Shown piece after piece: positions 35,791-36,358 of a stretch of DNA of 36,358 nucleotides. The notes beneath the pieces were generated by a model, which saw nothing but the letters and a program-made list of their open reading frames with translations, was not told the DNA's origin and did no database searches. This DNA comes from a bacterium. GTDB taxonomy: Bacteria > Bacteroidota > Ignavibacteria > Kapaibacteriales > UBA7675. The stretch covers positions 1-36,358 of the forward strand of contig JAUHYX010000003.1 of the NCBI GenBank assembly GCA_030426285.1, in the 5' to 3' direction. How positions within the stretch are numbered: the stretch's first letter is position 1; each line of letters starts with the position of its first letter. The translations under genes and the position numbers were made by a program.

Positions 35791-35853
35791 CGGGTTACGA
35801 CGAAACACTACAAACCCTAGGAACCACACGTTTCTGGGGCTTTGTGGTTTAAA
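35791..35853 (+). repeat. Right direct repeat, att-like
   Basis: CGGGTTACGACGAAACACTACAAACCCTAGGAACCACACG matches 31730-31769 at 39/40. Confidence 0.9.
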
Positions 35854-35987
35854 TGAGACTGTACGCCTTGAATCTTAAAATAGTGCTGCTAAATTACGCG
35901 TGCTCTGGCCAATTTCGGGCAAGGCTAATAATCAAAGAATGCGATAGAGAGTAACGATCCTGGTTTTTTAGGGGGCACTACAGCATT

Positions 35988-36358
35988 TTGAAACAAACTA
36001 CAGAACCACACATCAACAAGTCTACCAATACCAACAAACCAATTATTGAAGTTGGGGTATGTTCGATGACTATCGACAAAAAAGTTGGTGTTTGTATAGT
36101 CTTGGATGGTCAATCAGAGTATTCTCGTGACTACGACAACCTAATGTTGGAGAGTATAGGAACACACTTTAGGCGCATGAGAAACTACGATTTCCTTTTT
36201 GCGTTCGTCATGAAGTACAGAATTTTCTGTTTTTCCTGCTGGAATCTGAAGCACAACACTAGCGCTTATTTCATCTTAGAATGTTGCTACGAGTATACAA
36301 CAGTTGTAGAGGTCAGGTACAACGGGAACACTGACACGGTGGATATACGGAAGTTGAG
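35988..36358 (+). CDS. Hypothetical protein, truncated by the window end
   Basis: Frame open from TTG 35988 (or ATG 36066: MTIDKKVGVCIVLDGQSEYSRDYDNLMLES...) to the end of the window; G-rich RBS-like run at 35970-35975; no recognisable motif. Confidence 0.35.
   Translation, partial: MKQTTEPHINKSTNTNKPIIEVGVCSMTIDKKVGVCIVLDGQSEYSRDYDNLMLESIGTHFRRMRNYDFLFAFVMKYRIFCFSCWNLKHNTSAYFILECCYEYTTVVEVRYNGNTDTVDIRKL

Larger units (their letters stand above)
31737..35830. mobile_element. Integrase-less genomic islet at tRNA-Glu flanked by direct repeats
   Basis: Direct repeats at both ends, accessory cargo genes, lower GC in sampled lines of the AlbA_2 gene, no recombinase in the interval. Confidence 0.7.

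Noticed and set aside
35770-35797. Second or pseudo tRNA before the right repeat
   Set aside because: Only CGGGTTA resembles the tRNA 3' end; no T arm or cloverleaf can be formed.
35925-36113. 62-aa minus-strand ORF
   Set aside because: Short, no motif, and overlaps a longer plus-strand open frame.

Overview
Mostly core chromosome from an FCB-group bacterium. A T9SS C-terminal sorting domain, 67K SppA and the gene styles suggest Candidatus Kapabacteria/Ignavibacteria-like; this placement is inference. Gene order: a window-truncated secreted M12-type zinc metalloprotease (absent from the ORF track), murB, TerC, FtsI-type PBP preceded by a frameshifted and internally deleted ftsL-like gene, a PD40/TolB-like lipoprotein, crcB, sppA, purF, GNAT, stand-alone HsdR-N, PNPOx-like, His-rich cupin lipoprotein, SPFH, hppD, LamG lipoprotein, REC-HD-GYP, HAD phosphatase, a tiny T9SS cargo, dienelactone hydrolase, nitroreductase-like, a kinase-REC-REC/adenylate cyclase operon, an aldehyde dehydrogenase, a PiT-like membrane protein, a TrmB-like methyltransferase and tRNA-Glu(TTC). 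After the tRNA lies a ~4.1 kb integrase-less islet bounded by a 35-bp exact direct repeat, with a third degenerate copy inside. It carries an orphan, a PA3087-type metallophosphoesterase and a Schlafen/AlbA_2-HATPase-wHTH protein with a 21-bp heptad-coding tandem repeat. Two intergenic hairpin-plus-terminator units (about 8182-8274 and 23253-23325) look like unannotated small RNAs or attenuators. No complete new system can be proven from sequence alone. The best leads are the tRNA-Glu islet array, the two candidate sRNAs, the broken ftsL and the cyclase/atypical HD-GYP signalling set.
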